Source: a virus. Taken from it: 64,000 nt of DNA. This document shows, one piece after another, positions 62,455-64,000 of the stretch. Each line of letters begins with the position of its first letter. Position 1 is the first letter of the stretch. Made by a program: the position numbers and the translations under genes. The DNA lies in IMG/VR virus record IMGVR_UViG_2921643360_000001, positions 1 through 64,000 of that record; one strand, 5' to 3'. The notes under the pieces are model-generated. The model was not told the origin of the DNA. It searched no databases and saw only the letters and a program-made list of their open reading frames with translations.

Positions 62455-62781
62455 ATGGCGACACCAAACCTTACGAAAGACCCGGGTGCAACGCTCGATT
62501 TCGGATTCGATTTGAGCCCGAACGTTACGCCGCTCTATGCGCCTTGGCTGGCTGCCGGCGAGCAAGTTGTATCGCTCAACGTCACCGCCGACCCAGGCAT
62601 CACGATCGGTTCTTCGAGCATTGTGCCGAACGCGGGCGGCATTGCTGGCGCGCTGGTTACCGCATGGATTAGCGGAGGTACTGCAGGGAATTCCTACGCA
62701 GTGCATTTCGCCTTCACCACGAACTCAACCCCTCCCCGCACCGACGTTCGCTCGATGCAGATCGTTGTTCAAAGTAGGTAG
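62455..62781 (+). CDS. hypothetical protein
   Basis: 108 aa. Confidence 0.4.
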   Translation: MATPNLTKDPGATLDFGFDLSPNVTPLYAPWLAAGEQVVSLNVTADPGITIGSSSIVPNAGGIAGALVTAWISGGTAGNSYAVHFAFTTNSTPPRTDVRSMQIVVQSR

Positions 62782-62783
62782 CC

Positions 62784-63290
62784 ATGTCCGTTCAAGATAC
62801 CCACGAGCTGAAAGACACACTCGTAGCAGATTACTTCGTGCCGGGTCATGAGGCGCGCACCACCACCGCCCTTTTCGAGCGCACGCGAAAGATCCTCATC
62901 GAACGCGAAGGTGGCCGCTGCTTCGTCACCAACATGACCGCTGAAGAACTCGGCGCGCCGTTGCAGGCTCATCACCATCCTGTCGAGCGCTGCTTTGCGA
63001 CCGCATGGGACTGGCCGCGCTTTGCCGATGACTGCAAGGCTGGAAAGTGGGGGCCGCACGCGCAGGAATTCGATTGGGATTCGTTCCTTTCCGCAAAGCC
63101 GTTTGACCCTTACCGCTTTGTCGATGACATGACCGTCAACGGCATGTTGCTCGGCGCCGGGCCGCACATCGGGAAAGACCAAGGTTTGCACAGGTTGCCG
63201 TTTCCTGTGTGGTTGTTCACCAAATACGCCGTTGAGGGCTATCGCTTCAGCCCAACCGAAACCATCCATCACGACCCGGAACATCTATGA
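62784..63290 (+). CDS. hypothetical protein with possible HNH-like His/Cys motif
   Basis: GGRCFVTNMTAEELGAPLQAHHHPVERC. The assignment is weak. Confidence 0.35.
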   Translation: MSVQDTHELKDTLVADYFVPGHEARTTTALFERTRKILIEREGGRCFVTNMTAEELGAPLQAHHHPVERCFATAWDWPRFADDCKAGKWGPHAQEFDWDSFLSAKPFDPYRFVDDMTVNGMLLGAGPHIGKDQGLHRLPFPVWLFTKYAVEGYRFSPTETIHHDPEHL

Positions 63291-63496
63291 ATACCTCACC
63301 CGTCCAAACCGGCGCGGTCGGCGCCGTCACTGCAGCGGTTTATACGCTGGTTTCCGCGTTCGCCAAGCACTACAACATCGACATCACTCCTGATGCACAG
63401 ATGTCGGTCGCTGTCGGAATAGTTGCCTCGGCGCACTGGATTGGCCAGCAATTCGCCGCCCGTTCCGCCGCCAAGGCTCCCGCCACTCCGCAATGA
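63287..63496 (+). CDS. holin-like small membrane protein (2 TM)
   Basis: 69 aa with two hydrophobic helices. Confidence 0.4.
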   Translation: MNTSPVQTGAVGAVTAAVYTLVSAFAKHYNIDITPDAQMSVAVGIVASAHWIGQQFAARSAAKAPATPQ

Positions 63497-63609
63497 AGCG
63501 CCTCACCCTAATCGCCGCCCTGCTTCTCTCTGGCTGCGTCTCTGTCTGCACTGGTAGTGCTGGCTCAATGAACTGTCGCGTTGTGCCGGTTCATTTCCAG
63601 TTCGACTGA
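63493..63609 (+). CDS. 38-aa lipoprotein (o-spanin/Rz1-like candidate)
   Basis: MKRLTLIAALLLSGC lipobox. ATGA overlap with the upstream gene. Confidence 0.35.
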   Translation: MKRLTLIAALLLSGCVSVCTGSAGSMNCRVVPVHFQFD

Positions 63610-63628
63610 CTCCCGAATGTTCTCACCC

Positions 63629-63943
63629 ATGAAACTACTCGTCGCACTTGTGCTGGCCGGGTTGCTGACGGCGTGCGCGGGCAGCGCGACATTTTCGGTG
63701 CGCCCCTTCCATGACGACACGACCGGCAAGATGGAGTGCTGCGAGTTTCGCGCGATGGACTGGCGCGACATCGGCGCACTGACCATCGATGCATCCAAGT
63801 CGGCTGACGGCTCGATCGTCGTTCACTACTCCGCCAATGCAATCGGCGCTACGGCTCCGATCAATGCGCAAGGCGCCGTCATCTCCAACGTAGCAACAGC
63901 GGCCGGCAATACGGCTGCTGCCATCGTCAAACTCGCCCCCTAG
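63629..63943 (+). CDS. lipoprotein
   Basis: MKLLVALVLAGLLTAC lipobox; 104 aa. Confidence 0.45.
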   Translation: MKLLVALVLAGLLTACAGSATFSVRPFHDDTTGKMECCEFRAMDWRDIGALTIDASKSADGSIVVHYSANAIGATAPINAQGAVISNVATAAGNTAAAIVKLAP

Positions 63944-64000
63944 GACTCCCCCATGAAAGCGCTTTTCATTGCCGCTGCTGCGGCAGGCTTCGCCATGCTC

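Noticed and set aside
1-64000. CRISPR arrays, IS elements/transposases, rRNA
   Set aside because: No regularly spaced direct repeats and no transposase-like ORFs (DDE, HUH, or serine recombinase other than the tyrosine integrase). No rRNA-like conserved segments recognised.

Overview
This 64-kb window has high GC (about 62-64 % by eye) and is almost entirely temperate-phage DNA. It is one prophage, possibly composite, and by inference from GC content and phage gene repertoire it sits in a Burkholderia-like beta-proteobacterial chromosome. A tyrosine integrase (481-1554, minus strand) lies near the left edge. The right boundary is not reached.

Gene order, left to right:
- int and xis.
- A leftward early operon: SPFH/HflC-like protein, SSB, YqaJ-type exonuclease with an ERF-type annealing protein, and many tiny ORFs including two unlisted hydrophobic peptides.
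- About 700 bp with no ORFs.
- A lambda-like switch: cI-type HTH/S24 repressor, three operator copies, cro-like and cII-like genes.
- A rightward replication module: ParB-nuclease-domain protein, SF2 helicase, TOPRIM primase, and an SNF2 helicase coupled to an N6A/N4C DNA methyltransferase.
- A nin-like region: an EndoVII-type HNH gene nested out of frame inside a MazG-like gene, NinG, a lambda-type Ser/Thr phosphatase, and HNH-like paralogue 1.
- A DUF955-like HEXXH protein, an HTH-metallophosphoesterase, and a divergent 3-gene HTH operon with GGCACA palindromes.
- The late operon:
  - TerS-like, TerL, portal, scaffold, major capsid and head-tail proteins.
  - A Bro-N moron, tail sheath, tube, and gpG/GT with an A_AAA_AAC -1 frameshift.
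  - A tape measure with a frame break in a GGC tract.
  - Mu/P2-type baseplate proteins D, V, W, J, I, HNH-like paralogue 2, and a Gly-rich tail fibre.
- A lower-GC insert carrying a 60-aa ORF and a radical SAM/SPASM enzyme.
- A convergent moron cluster: a Lom-like OMP, a KilA-N protein and an HTH protein.
- A holin-like gene and a GH19 endolysin.
- HNH-like paralogue 3.
- A second fibre-like module with a 578-aa tandem-repeat protein.
- A holin-like protein and two lipoproteins at the window end.

No rRNA, tRNA, CRISPR array or transposase was found. All functional calls rest on motif recognition from the translated sequence; no database search was possible. Many start codons are uncertain because the ORF track allows TTG/GTG starts.
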